A stretch of 37,054 bases of DNA from contig JAJZYS010000001.1 of NCBI GenBank assembly GCA_021797925.1, forward strand, positions 1-37,054, in the 5' to 3' direction. The number at the start of each line of letters is the position of its first letter. Position 1 is the first letter of the stretch. This document shows positions 1 to 11,272 of the stretch, piece by piece. The position numbers were made by a program, and so were the translations under genes. The stretch is from Bacillota bacterium (GTDB lineage Bacteria; Bacillota; Sulfobacillia; JAJZYS01). The notes below the pieces were generated by a model. The model was not told the DNA's origin and did not search any database. It saw only the letters and a list, made by a program, of their open reading frames with translations.

Positions 1-96
1 GGGGAGAAGGTGAGCGAGCCGGTGGCGAGACGGGTGCGCGAGCTGCAGCAGCGTTCGGCACACAAGCGCAGTCTGCCGCCGATGCCGCCGGAGTGA
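1..96 (+). CDS. nadE: 3' end of an NH3-dependent NAD+ synthetase-like gene (partial, runs off the left edge)
   Basis: Frame 1 is open from base 1 to TGA 94-96. The peptide GEKVSEPVARRVRELQQRSAHKRSLPPMPPE resembles the NadE C-terminal tail (GKEVS..V...E.R...EHKR..P, recalled from B. subtilis NadE). Only 31 aa are visible. Confidence 0.4.
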   Translation, partial: GEKVSEPVARRVRELQQRSAHKRSLPPMPPE

Positions 97-129
97 TCGG
101 GCAGGGGGAGCCGGGGAGGGAACTGGACC

Positions 130-864
130 GTGTCCGGACATTCCAAGTGGGCCAACATCAAGCGCCGCAAGGCCGTCGTCGACGCGCAGCGGGGGCAGAC
201 GTTCTCGCGCTACTCCCGGGAGATCACGGTGGCGGCCCGGGCCGGCGGGGGCAACCCCGAGGCCAACTTTCGCCTGAAGACCGCCATCGAGAAGGCCCGC
301 GCCGCCAACCTGCCCGCTGACACCATCGCTCGGGCCATCCAGCGGGGCGTCGGCGCCACCGAGGGCGGAGACTTCGACGCGGTCACCTACGAGGGCTACG
401 GTCCGGGGGGGGTGGCGGTCCTGCTCGACATTCTCACCGACAACCGCAACCGCACGGCCGCGGACATCCGACACCTGTTCGCCAAGCACGGGGGCAGCCT
501 CGGCGAGACGGGCTGCGTGGCCTGGATGTTCGACCGCCGGGCGGTGGTGCGCGTTGCCGCCGAGGCCGCCGCCGAGGAACGGGTTCTGGCTGTGGCGCTG
601 GAGCTGGGAGCCGAGGACGTGGAGACCGACGCCGAGGGCTACACCGTGCTCGCGCAGCCCGATGACCTGGAGGCCGTGCGGTCGGGACTGGAGGCCCAGG
701 GGATCGCCGTGGCGTCGGCCGAGGTGGAGCGCGTGGCCCGCACCACCGTGTCCCTGTCGGGGGCCGACGCCGAACGGGCCTGGCGGCTTCTGGACGCGCT
801 GGAGGAGCACGACGACGTGCAGGGCGTGTACTCGAACCTGGAGACCGACGAGGCCGAAGGCTAA
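130..864 (+). CDS. yebC: YebC/PmpR family DNA-binding transcriptional regulator
   Basis: N-terminus MSGHSKWANIKRRK plus the full-length family pattern (AIEKARAANLP, YEGYGPGGVA). GTG start with GGGAGGG about 10 nt upstream. Confidence 0.95.
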   Translation: MSGHSKWANIKRRKAVVDAQRGQTFSRYSREITVAARAGGGNPEANFRLKTAIEKARAANLPADTIARAIQRGVGATEGGDFDAVTYEGYGPGGVAVLLDILTDNRNRTAADIRHLFAKHGGSLGETGCVAWMFDRRAVVRVAAEAAAEERVLAVALELGAEDVETDAEGYTVLAQPDDLEAVRSGLEAQGIAVASAEVERVARTTVSLSGADAERAWRLLDALEEHDDVQGVYSNLETDEAEG

Positions 865-1357
865 CCGTTTTCAACCTGGTCGCGCCAGGAGTCCTCGGCG
901 TTTTGGCCGGGGGGCGACGGCGGTCCCGATCCCCGCCCCGTGAGCGGGGATGGGCGTACGGAGTCCGCAGCCGGGACCGGGCGCCGCTCGCAACGGCCTC
1001 GAGCCGCAACAAGCACCAGCCTGGACGGCTGGGCGGGCTTGGTCGTCACCACCGCGTCGCCGTGGGCTTCGAGCCGGACGGCTCCCTTGGTGATGCCGGC
1101 CGGAGAGGTCAAGACCGGGCTCCCGGCCCGCAATGGCACGTGGGGCACAGCCCGCGACGACGAGGATCGAGTGGACAACGGCGAAGAGGCCGCGCCGCCG
1201 GCCGAGGCCGAAATCGCGGGCGCTGAAGAGGGCGTCTGCTGCCCGGGCGGCTTCGTCCGGCCCGCAAGCAGACGACCCTCGTCGCATCGCTGTCTAGCGC
1301 CGGCCTTTCCTGGAAAGCATTTCCGGGGAGGGATGCCCACTGAAAACGCGCTGGCCC

Positions 1358-1822
1358 ATGTACCTGGCGGGCGGCGTCCTCGCGCTGGCGCTGGGCTTTT
1401 TCGCCGGCGACCGCCTGGTGCCCACCATGACCCGGTCGGTCTCGCCCGTCGTCCGACGGACGCCGGTTTGGCTGGAGTGGAACGGGAGCGATGCGTCGCT
1501 GCGGGTGACCCTGGAGGATGCCGCGCCGCTGCCCACGGCCCAGGCGCTCAGGCGCCTCTTGCCGGGGTGGGCGGGCGGCCGTGACGGCCAGGGGGTCGTT
1601 GTGCTCCGTCGGCGGCTGCCGGGGCCCCGGGGCCTGGAGCTTGGGCTCGACGGCAGGCGCCTGGCCCTGTTCCTCGGCCCGCCGGCCGACGGCGTCCGGC
1701 TGTCGGTGTTGGGGGTCACCACGCGGCGGCTGCTGCCCGAGGATCTCAGGCGGCTGCGCCGGGGCATCCCGGTGGGGGGGCTGGGGACGGCCTGGGAGGA
1801 CCTGCAGGGGCTGGGACTCTGA
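1358..1822 (+). CDS. Membrane-anchored hypothetical protein with BofC-like domains (possible forespore sigma-K checkpoint regulator)
   Basis: N-terminal hydrophobic segment YLAGGVLALALGFFAG. The C-terminal LGLDGRRLALFLGPP...L..GIP...EDL pattern matches my recollection of the BofC C-domain (YIGVSDNGVISTFHGRP...LLKGIP...FEDV). It lies just upstream of ruv genes, as I recall for bofC in B. subtilis. No obvious SD before ATG 1358. Confidence 0.5.
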   Translation: MYLAGGVLALALGFFAGDRLVPTMTRSVSPVVRRTPVWLEWNGSDASLRVTLEDAAPLPTAQALRRLLPGWAGGRDGQGVVVLRRRLPGPRGLELGLDGRRLALFLGPPADGVRLSVLGVTTRRLLPEDLRRLRRGIPVGGLGTAWEDLQGLGL

Positions 1823-1921
1823 ACAGGGGTACGCCGCCAGCCGGCCCTCGGGCTGGTACAATTCCCCATGGGCAGGAGAGTTTGCCTCGTGGGCGAACCT
1901 TCTGGGGAAAGAGGTGGAACG

Positions 1922-2410
1922 ATGCGGGTACTGGGAATTGACCCCGGCATTGCCACGCTGGGCTATGGCGTGGTCGAGGGCGAGCGGTCACTGGCCCGCA
2001 TCGCCCACGGCGCCGTGCGCACCCGCGCCGACCTGTCGGACGCGCGGCGGCTCGTGATCCTGGCGGAGCGGATCGAAGGGATCCTCGCCGAGTACCGGCC
2101 CGACCGGGTGGCGGTGGAACGGCTGTTCTTCAAGCGCAACTCCGGCAGCGCCCTGCCCGTGGGCCAAGCCCGAGGCGTGGCGCTGCTGCTGGCGGCGCGA
2201 TCCGGGGTCGAGGTGGACGAGTGGACGCCCGCCGAGGTGAAGGAGGCGGTGTGCGGCTACGGGGCGGCGGACAAGGAGCAGGTGATCCGGATGGTGGTCC
2301 GGATCCTCGGCCTTGACGAGCGGCCGCGTCCGGACGACGCGGCGGACGCCCTGGCCGTGGCCATCACGTCCCTGGAACGGGTGCCGTTCCTCGCTCGCGT
2401 CTCCTCGTGA
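1922..2410 (+). CDS. ruvC: Crossover junction endodeoxyribonuclease RuvC
   Basis: MRVLGIDPGIATLGYGVV N-terminus typical of RuvC. ATG 1922 is preceded by GAAAGAGGTGG. The track ORF starts 18 codons earlier at 1868 without family support. Confidence 0.92.
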   Translation: MRVLGIDPGIATLGYGVVEGERSLARIAHGAVRTRADLSDARRLVILAERIEGILAEYRPDRVAVERLFFKRNSGSALPVGQARGVALLLAARSGVEVDEWTPAEVKEAVCGYGAADKEQVIRMVVRILGLDERPRPDDAADALAVAITSLERVPFLARVSS

Positions 2411-3009
2411 TCGCGTTCGTCGAGGGCGAGCTCTGGGCCCGGGAGGAGGGAGCCGCCGTGGTCAGGGTGTCGGGCGTGGGCATCCGGCTCAGGGTTTCCG
2501 CCCGGACCCTGGCGGCGCTGCCGCCGGCCGGGCAGCGCGTGCACCTCAACACCCGGCTCGTGGTCCGCGAGGACGATCTCACGCTGTACGGGTTCACCGA
2601 TGTCGAGGAGGAGCGTCTCTTCGCCCTGCTCACTGCGGCCAGCGGGGTCGGGCCCCGCACGGCGCTGGCGATCCTCTCGCTGTATCCCCCGGCCACGGTG
2701 ATCCAGGCCATCGTATCCGCGGACGTCCGGTTGCTGACCCGGGTCCCGGGGGTGGGGCGCAAGACCGCGGAGCGCATGGTGCTGGAACTGCGGGACCGGG
2801 TGGGGGTCGAGCCGGAGGAGAGTTCGCCCCCGTGGGCGCCGGTGGTGGCCGATGCGGTGGCGGCGCTCGAGGGGCTGGGATTCTCCCGGGCCGACGTGCG
2901 CGAAGCGCTTCGGGACGTGCCGGCGGGCCTATCGGTCGAGGCGATGGTTCGGCACGGCCTCGGTCGGCTGTCGGGTCAGGAGGTGCGCGCAGGTGGAGCG
3001 GATCGTTAG
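2407..3009 (+). CDS. ruvA: Holliday junction branch migration complex subunit RuvA
   Basis: MIAFVEGEL... with HhH region [12 protein letters not shown] and [20 protein letters not shown] start/stop overlap with ruvC. Confidence 0.95.
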   Translation: MIAFVEGELWAREEGAAVVRVSGVGIRLRVSARTLAALPPAGQRVHLNTRLVVREDDLTLYGFTDVEEERLFALLTAASGVGPRTALAILSLYPPATVIQAIVSADVRLLTRVPGVGRKTAERMVLELRDRVGVEPEESSPPWAPVVADAVAALEGLGFSRADVREALRDVPAGLSVEAMVRHGLGRLSGQEVRAGGADR

Positions 3010-4000
3010 TCCCGCGGCCCGGGACGAGGACCGGGCGGTGGAGCCCGGTCTTCGACCGGCCACGCTGCAGGAGTACGTGGGGCAGGAGCGGGTCAAGGGC
3101 CCCCTGCGCCTTTTCATCCAGGCCGCGCGGGAGCGGGGCGAGGCGCTGGACCACGTCCTGCTCTCGGGTCCCCCGGGCCTTGGAAAGACCACGCTGGCCC
3201 ACATCATCGCCCACGAGATGGGCGTGAGCGCCCGGGTGACCAGCGGCCCGGCGATCGAACGGGCGGGAGACCTCGCCGCCATCCTCACGAGCCTGGGGCC
3301 GCGGGACGTGCTGTTCGTGGACGAGATCCACCGCCTGCCGCGGCCGGTCGAGGAGATCCTCTACCCGGCCATGGAGGACGGGGCGCTGGATCTGGTCATC
3401 GGCAAGGGCCCCGGCGCCCGCACGCTGCGACTGGACCTGCCGCCGTTCACGCTGGTGGGGGCCACGACCCGGGAGGGGCTGCTCACCTCACCCCTGCGGG
3501 CGCGCTTCGGCGTCCTGGGGCGGCTCGAGTTCTACCCTCCCGAGGAGATCCGGGAAGTGGTCCGGCGCGCCGTCGGCCTGCTGGGGGTCGAGGCGACAGA
3601 GGACGGCGTCGAGGAAGTGGCGCTGAGGTCCCGGGGAACGCCGCGCGTCGCCCTCAGGCTGCTGCGGCGGCTGCGGGACTTTGCCCAGGTGGAGGGAGCG
3701 GGGCGCATCGACCGCGAGGTCGCCCGGGCGGGCCTGACGCTGCTGGATGTGGACGACCGCGGCCTGGAGCGCTCGGACCGGCGGTTTCTCGCCGCCATCG
3801 CGCACCGGTTCGGGGGCGGCCCCGTGGGCGTCGAGACCCTGGCGGCGGCCCTGAGCGAGGAGGTGGACACCCTCGAGGACGTGGTGGAGCCGTTCCTCCT
3901 GCAGCTGGGGTTCATCCAGCGCACGCCCCGCGGGCGGATGATCACCGCCGCCGGCCGTCGCCACCTCCAGCTGGCGGTTCAGCCCGGTCTGTTCGGCTGA
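2993..4000 (+). CDS. ruvB: Holliday junction DNA helicase RuvB
   Basis: [15 protein letters not shown], Walker [23 protein letters not shown] 2993 is preceded by GGTCAGGAGG. The first 47 codons of the track ORF are an off-frame reading of the ruvA 3' end. Confidence 0.95.
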   Translation: MERIVSPAARDEDRAVEPGLRPATLQEYVGQERVKGPLRLFIQAARERGEALDHVLLSGPPGLGKTTLAHIIAHEMGVSARVTSGPAIERAGDLAAILTSLGPRDVLFVDEIHRLPRPVEEILYPAMEDGALDLVIGKGPGARTLRLDLPPFTLVGATTREGLLTSPLRARFGVLGRLEFYPPEEIREVVRRAVGLLGVEATEDGVEEVALRSRGTPRVALRLLRRLRDFAQVEGAGRIDREVARAGLTLLDVDDRGLERSDRRFLAAIAHRFGGGPVGVETLAAALSEEVDTLEDVVEPFLLQLGFIQRTPRGRMITAAGRRHLQLAVQPGLFG

Positions 4001-4052
4001 CCCCCTGGTTCGACCCGACAAACGAAAATTGACGCGTTCACGGGGCGCGGCG

Positions 4053-4080
4053 ACCCCCGTAAAGTGCGGCATGGAACGTA
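4053..4080 (+). promoter_or_regulatory. Candidate sigma-I-type (autoregulatory) promoter: ACCCCC-N18-CGTA
   Basis: ACCCCC at 4053-4058 and CGTA at 4077-4080, about 25 nt upstream of the sigI start. This resembles the published sigma-I promoter elements (-35 ACCCCC, -10 CGWA). I cannot confirm the spacing optimum from memory. Confidence 0.35.
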
Positions 4081-4105
4081 TTCTATGGGCAGGTGAACAG
4101 GCGGC

Positions 4106-4834
4106 TTGGGACTGTTCCGGGGCAGGCCGGCGACTCCCGAAGATCTGGTGCTCCGGGCCCGCGGGGGCGACACCGATGCCCGCGAGGAGTTGCTGAGACG
4201 ATACCAGCCGTTTGTCCTCCGAATCGGCTCGCGGGTGACCGGACGCTTCCTCAGGGCCGGACAGGACGATGAGTTCTCCATCGGAATGCTGGCCCTCAAC
4301 GAGGCGATCGACCGGTACGACGCGAGCCAGGGCGCGGGGTTTCTCAGCTTCTGCGAGATGGTGGTCCGCCGACGGCTGGTGGATCACTACCGCCGGGAGT
4401 CCGGGCGCCACGAGTTGCCGTGGAGCGCCCTCGAGGAGGAGGACGAGGAGGGTCATCGCCAGGAGGCCGCTCCGCTGCGGCAGGCAGCCCTCGACAAGTC
4501 CCAGACCGACGAGGACCGCTCCAACCTGGTGGAGGAGATCGAGCGGTTCAGGGCCCTGGTGGAGGAGTTCGGGCTGACCCTTTCGGATCTCGTGGAAGCC
4601 TGTCCCAAGCATCGCGACGCGCGGGAGAGCGCCCTGAGGGTGGCGAGACTGGTGGCCGACGATCCCCTGCTCTCGGCGTATGTGCGCCAACGGCACGAAC
4701 TGCCGCTCAAGGCCCTGGAGAACCGGGTGACCATCAGCCGCAAGACCCTGGAGCGGCAGCGCAAGTACATTCTGGCCACTTCCCTGGTATGGATGGAAGG
4801 ACTTCAATACCTGGAAGAATACGTCAAGGTCTGA
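4106..4834 (+). CDS. sigI: RNA polymerase sigma factor SigI
   Basis: LVLRARGGDTDAREELLRRYQPFV, FSIGMLALNEAIDRYD and the C-terminal ISRKTLERQRKYI are typical of the SigI family. TTG start with AGGTGA 9 nt upstream. Followed by an RsgI-type anti-sigma gene. Confidence 0.88.
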   Translation: MGLFRGRPATPEDLVLRARGGDTDAREELLRRYQPFVLRIGSRVTGRFLRAGQDDEFSIGMLALNEAIDRYDASQGAGFLSFCEMVVRRRLVDHYRRESGRHELPWSALEEEDEEGHRQEAAPLRQAALDKSQTDEDRSNLVEEIERFRALVEEFGLTLSDLVEACPKHRDARESALRVARLVADDPLLSAYVRQRHELPLKALENRVTISRKTLERQRKYILATSLVWMEGLQYLEEYVKV

Positions 4835-4849
4835 GCGGGGGCGCGCAGG

Positions 4850-5737
4850 ATGGGGATTCGGGGGAGACGCTTCAAGACACGGCGCGTGGATGGCGTCGTG
4901 CTGGAACGAAACGGCCGGTGGGCGACCGTCCTGGGTCGACCGGGCATGTTCGTGCGTCTGCGCGCCCAGGCCAGCTGGCAGGTGGGCGACCGCGTCGAAT
5001 GGCGCCAGCCGGTGCTTCCGCGCTGGCTGTCGGCGGCCGCCGGCGGCGCCGTGGCGGCGGCGATGCTGCTGGGCTTGCTGTCGCTGTCCGCGCCGCCGGT
5101 GCCCGCGGCGTACGTATCCCTGGAGATGACCCCGGACGTGCAGCTGTCGGTGACCGCCCAGGGGGTGGTGGCCGGCGTGACCGCGCTGGACAGCTCGGGT
5201 CGCCAGGTCGTGGCCGGACTCTCCCTGCGCGGCGACAGCCTGGCCACGGCGATCGCGGTGGTGACGCGGGCGGAGATCCGCAGCGTGGGTCCGGGGGTGC
5301 GCCAGCGCACCGCGGTCCTGGCCGCGTATCCCGCGAGCAACCGGGCCAGGGTGCCGGCGAGCGTGGTGCGGCGGTTGCCCGCGGTGCAGACCGACGCCGA
5401 GCTGGCGGCGCGCTCCCAGGGCGTGAAGCTGAGCGTGGCGCCCATGGTGGTCAATCACGGCATGGAGGCGGCGGCGCGCCAGGCGCGGCTGCCGGTGGGC
5501 ACCTACGCCCTGTACCTCGCGGTGCGCCAGAGCGGAGCCACGGTGGACGCCCGGGCGCTGCGGGAGGAGGGCCTGGACGCACCGTCGCTCTCGTCCTCGT
5601 CCGTGGAGCGCGTGGTGGCCGGTCTGGCCGTTCCCATCGGGCAGCCGGAGCGTCTGGGCGCGGCGCCCTCGACTCCGGCGCCGGGAGGCTTCGCCCGCCG
5701 CCGCTGGGTGCCCCACGTGGTGATCCGCTCGCGGTGA
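4850..5737 (+). CDS. rsgI: Anti-sigma-I factor RsgI
   Basis: RsgI_N-like N-terminus (VDGVVLERNGRWATVLGRPGMFVRLR...VGDRVEW), one TM segment (LSAAAGGAVAAAMLLGLLSL), then the YVSLEMTPDVQLSV...ALDSSGRQV module common to RsgI proteins. Sits immediately downstream of sigI. Confidence 0.85.
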   Translation: MGIRGRRFKTRRVDGVVLERNGRWATVLGRPGMFVRLRAQASWQVGDRVEWRQPVLPRWLSAAAGGAVAAAMLLGLLSLSAPPVPAAYVSLEMTPDVQLSVTAQGVVAGVTALDSSGRQVVAGLSLRGDSLATAIAVVTRAEIRSVGPGVRQRTAVLAAYPASNRARVPASVVRRLPAVQTDAELAARSQGVKLSVAPMVVNHGMEAAARQARLPVGTYALYLAVRQSGATVDARALREEGLDAPSLSSSSVERVVAGLAVPIGQPERLGAAPSTPAPGGFARRRWVPHVVIRSR

Positions 5738-5759
5738 CGCCGGCCGACCAGGCGCGAGG

Positions 5760-5789
5760 GGCGCCCCTCCCCGAGACGGGAGGGGCGCC
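5760..5789 (+). terminator. GC-rich hairpin downstream of rsgI (terminator candidate, no U-tract)
   Basis: GGCGCCCCTCCC / GGGAGGGGCGCC form a 12-bp perfect stem with a 6-nt loop. The trailing sequence is not T-rich. Confidence 0.4.
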
Positions 5790-5824
5790 TCTCGCGCGCC
5801 GGGCGACGGATCGCGCGGGAGCGG

Positions 5825-5853
5825 TGGACCCCGGGGCCCGGCTCGGCTAGAAT
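5825..5853 (+). promoter_or_regulatory. Candidate sigma-A promoter for yajC (TGGACC-17-TAGAAT)
   Basis: TAGAAT at 5848-5853 and TGGACC at 5825-5830 with a 17-nt spacer, about 40 nt upstream of the yajC start. Confidence 0.35.
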
Positions 5854-5892
5854 AGACTGCGGAAACACAGGAAGGGGCTGTGGACGATACCA

Positions 5893-6195
5893 TTGATGAG
5901 CGCGGCGGCGCCGGCCGCCAACAATTCGGCCCTGGCGGCTCTGGGCGGGCTGCCGATCATCGTCATCTTCATCGTGATCATGTACCTGGTGCTCTTTCTG
6001 CCTCAGCGCCAGCAGAATCGGCGGCGCAAGGAGATGCTCCAGTCGCTCAAGGTGGGTGACGAGGTGATCACCGCCGGGGGGATCCACGGCCGCATCTCGG
6101 TCCTCAAGGATGACGAGGTGCTGCTGCGCGTCGCGGACAAGGTGGACCTGACCCTGTCGCGCTCCTCCATCAGCTCCGTCAAGCGCCGCGACTGA
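5893..6195 (+). CDS. yajC: Preprotein translocase subunit YajC
   Basis: Single TM followed by [31 protein letters not shown], the canonical YajC motif. TTG 5893 and ATG 5896 are adjacent possible starts. Confidence 0.9.
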   Translation: MMSAAAPAANNSALAALGGLPIIVIFIVIMYLVLFLPQRQQNRRRKEMLQSLKVGDEVITAGGIHGRISVLKDDEVLLRVADKVDLTLSRSSISSVKRRD

Positions 6196-6241
6196 GACCG
6201 GGTCCGCCCGGCGGGCTGGACGTCCCGGAGGAGGCGAGAGG

Positions 6242-7885
<1,644 letters not shown>

Positions 7886-7901
7886 CGCAAGGGGGCGGGG
7901 C

Positions 7902-8299
7902 ATGACCAGGGGGATTTCCCACGTGGGCGTCGCGGTGCCCTCCATCGACGCGGCGATCGGGGCGTACGCGCGGCTGGGCTTCGTGCTGGTGCACCGGGAG
8001 GAGCTGCCCGAGCGGGCGGTGAGGGTCGCGTTCCTGGCGCTGGGAGCGGATCGGGTGGAGCTGCTGGAGCCCACGGGCGAGGGTCCCGTGGCGCGCTTCT
8101 TGGCGCGCCGCGGTCCGGGACTGCATCACCTGGCGCTGAGGAGCGACGCCGTCGCCGCGGACCTCGCGCGGTTTGAGGCGGACGGCGGGATCGCCATCGA
8201 CAAGGCTCCGCGACCCGGAGCCGAGGGCTGCGCGGTGGCGTTTCTCGATCCGGCGAGCACCGCCGGGGTGCTCGTGGAACTGGTCGAGGCGGTGACGCG

Positions 8300-8303
<4 letters not shown>
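7902..8303 (+). CDS. mce: Methylmalonyl-CoA epimerase (VOC/glyoxalase fold)
   Basis: ISHVGVAVPSIDAAIGAY...VELLEPTGEGPVARFLARRGPGLHHLA...AFLDP...GVLVELVE. ATG 7902 is preceded by GGGGGCGGGG. The upstream part of the track ORF is the off-frame MCM 3' end. Confidence 0.9.
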
Positions 8304-9827
<1,524 letters not shown>

Positions 9828-9847
<20 letters not shown>

Positions 9848-10010
9848 TCCGCCGCCCGAGGTGGTGGCGGCCATCGTGTGCGCCCTGGCGATGGTCATGG
9901 AGGGAGAACCGGTGCGGGTGCGGGAGATCCGGGGTGAGGGGCCCAGCCCGTGGGCGCAGCTGGGACGCTACCGGCAGATGGAGCAGCGCATCAGCGGGAG
10001 GAGGCGGTGA
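9828..10010 (+). CDS. Small subunit, OadG / acyl-CoA carboxylase epsilon-like (hypothetical)
   Basis: 60-aa ORF between the carboxyltransferase and biotin-carrier genes. It has a hydrophobic EVVAAIVCALAMVM stretch, SPWA..GR and good third-position GC. It overlaps the upstream gene by 20 nt, and its stop overlaps the next start (GTGA). The start is uncertain. Confidence 0.5.
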
Positions 10011-10396
10011 CGACGCGGCGTTTCCGGGTCGTGGTGGACGGCCGCCTGTACGAGGTGGACGTGGAGGAGGTGGGGCAGGCCCCGCCGGCCCCTGTGCGGG
10101 AGAGCCCCGGCGCGCCCCCGCCGGTCGCGGTGGCGGTCCCCGCCGGCGTCCACGAGGAAGGCGCCAGCGGGCACGGCGACGGGCTGAGGGTCGAGGCGCC
10201 CCTGCCCGGCGTGGTGCTCGAGGTGAAGGTGGCGGTGGGGGAGCGGGTGAGCGCGGGTCAGGTGGTGGCGATCCTCGAGGCCATGAAGATGGAGAACGAG
10301 ATCGTCTCCCCCCGCTCCGGCACGGTGGTGGAAGTGCCCGTGAGTCCGGGGTCCGCGGTGAGCCTGGGCGACACGATCGTGCTCCTCGAGCCGTGA
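10007..10396 (+). CDS. Biotin carboxyl carrier protein (1.3S / MmdC-like biotinyl subunit)
   Basis: Pro/Ala linker, then the biotinyl domain VEAPLPGVVLEVKV..GERV..GQVVAILEAMKMENEI.SP..G.V with the biotinyl-lysine motif AMKM. GTG 10007 is preceded by GGGAGGAGG. Confidence 0.85.
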   Translation: MTTRRFRVVVDGRLYEVDVEEVGQAPPAPVRESPGAPPPVAVAVPAGVHEEGASGHGDGLRVEAPLPGVVLEVKVAVGERVSAGQVVAILEAMKMENEIVSPRSGTVVEVPVSPGSAVSLGDTIVLLEP

Positions 10397-10986
10397 GCAC
10401 CCCGGCCGCGCCCGGGAGCATCGTGCGCAAGCGCGCCCTGAGGCGCCAGCTCCGCGAGGCGCTGAAGGACATGGACCCGCGTCAGCGCCAGGCGAAAGAG
10501 CGCGCCATCATCCGTGAGCTCGAGGCGACCCTGGCCGGCGCGCGCGTGGTGGGCGGCTTCTGGCCCCTGGACGGCGAGCCCGACGTCCGTCCGTGGCTGC
10601 GCGCGCTGGCGCGCTCGGGCGTGATGGTGGCCTTTCCCCGGGTCGAAGGGGACGAGCTCCGGTTCTGCGCCGTGCGGGACCCGGACCGGGATCTGCGGCC
10701 GGGGTTTCGAGGGATCAAGGAGCCGGGGGCGGGGCTCGTCCCCTGTCCCGCGGCGGCGATGGACGCCGTCGTCGTGCCCGGCCTCGCCTTCTCCCGCTGC
10801 GGGGCGAGGCTCGGGCGGGGAGGCGGCCACTACGACCGCTGGCTCACGACCTCGCGTCCCCCGCGGGTCCTCGGCGTCGCCTTTGCCGTGCAGGTGCTGC
10901 AACGCCTGCCCGAGGACCCGTGGGATGCGCGGGTGGACGCGATCGTGACCGAGGGGGGTGTCACGGCGGCCATCCCTCCTTCGTGA
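10393..10986 (+). CDS. 5-formyltetrahydrofolate cyclo-ligase
   Basis: IRKRALRRQLR..., GGFWPLDGEPDV, VVVPGLAFSRCGARLGRGGGHYDRWL are family motifs. GTGA overlap with the biotin-carrier gene. Confidence 0.85.
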   Translation: MSTPAAPGSIVRKRALRRQLREALKDMDPRQRQAKERAIIRELEATLAGARVVGGFWPLDGEPDVRPWLRALARSGVMVAFPRVEGDELRFCAVRDPDRDLRPGFRGIKEPGAGLVPCPAAAMDAVVVPGLAFSRCGARLGRGGGHYDRWLTTSRPPRVLGVAFAVQVLQRLPEDPWDARVDAIVTEGGVTAAIPPS

Positions 10987-11051
10987 GGGGCCCCGCCGGG
11001 CGCAAGGCTCGGCGCCCGCGGCGGAGACTCGCGGGCGGTGGCGCCCGAGAC

Positions 11052-11080
11052 TTGACGCCGGCGAGCGGGGCGAGTATGTT
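11052..11080 (+). promoter_or_regulatory. Sigma-A-type promoter (TTGACG-17-TATGTT) driving the S-box leader
   Basis: TTGACG at 11052-11057, exactly a 17-nt spacer, TATGTT at 11075-11080. The riboswitch P1 stem starts about 20 nt downstream. Confidence 0.55.
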
Positions 11081-11102
11081 TACGGAAACCGCATAGGCAT
11101 CA

Positions 11103-11207
11103 CCCCGTATCACGAGCGGCGGAGGGACTGGCCCGATGAAGCCCGGCAACTCGGCGGCCTTGGCCGCCTCAGTGCCACATCCTGCAGCACACGCTGAGAG
11201 ATAGGGG
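11103..11207 (+). promoter_or_regulatory. SAM-I (S-box) riboswitch aptamer
   Basis: TATCACGAGCGGCGGAGGGACTGGCCCGATGAAGCCCGGCAAC...GTGCCACATCCTGCAGC...GAGAGATA matches the S-box core consensus. The P1 helix CCCC(G)TATC / GATAGGGG closes the aptamer. It lies upstream of methionine biosynthesis genes. Confidence 0.9.
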
Positions 11208-11216
11208 AAGGGCTCG

Positions 11217-11250
11217 TGCCCCCGCTCGCCGTGGCGGGGGCATGCTTCTG
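11217..11250 (+). terminator. S-box expression-platform terminator hairpin
   Basis: TGCCCCCGC / GCGGGGGCA form a 9-bp stem with an 8-nt loop, followed by TGCTTCTG. The GGGG of the P1 3' strand could instead pair with the CCCC of the stem (antiterminator logic). Confidence 0.6.
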
Positions 11251-11272
11251 AGCAGGGACGAGGGGGTTTTCC

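Noticed and set aside
940-1584. 214-aa + strand ORF bridging the yebC gap and the BofC-like gene
   Set aside because: Its 3' half is an off-frame reading of the 1358..1822 ORF with low third-position GC. There is no family motif. The 5' part is retained only as an unexplained gap in the findings.
4029-4034. TTGACG as a sigma-A -35 element for sigI
   Set aside because: No acceptable -10 hexamer lies 16-19 nt downstream (the sequence there is GACCCC). The sigma-I-type elements fit better.
3488-5893. 801-aa minus-strand ORF spanning ruvB, sigI, rsgI and part of the yajC leader
   Set aside because: The translation is Arg/Pro/Gly/His-rich low complexity with no family motif. It is antisense to three ORFs with clear family signatures. 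This is the typical long shadow ORF of GC-rich DNA, where stop codons are rare.
9950-10006. ATG 9950 as the start of the biotin carrier protein (148-aa version)
   Set aside because: The first 19 codons overlap the small-subunit ORF and lack an SD. GTG 10007 has GGGAGGAGG upstream and a GTGA coupling junction.
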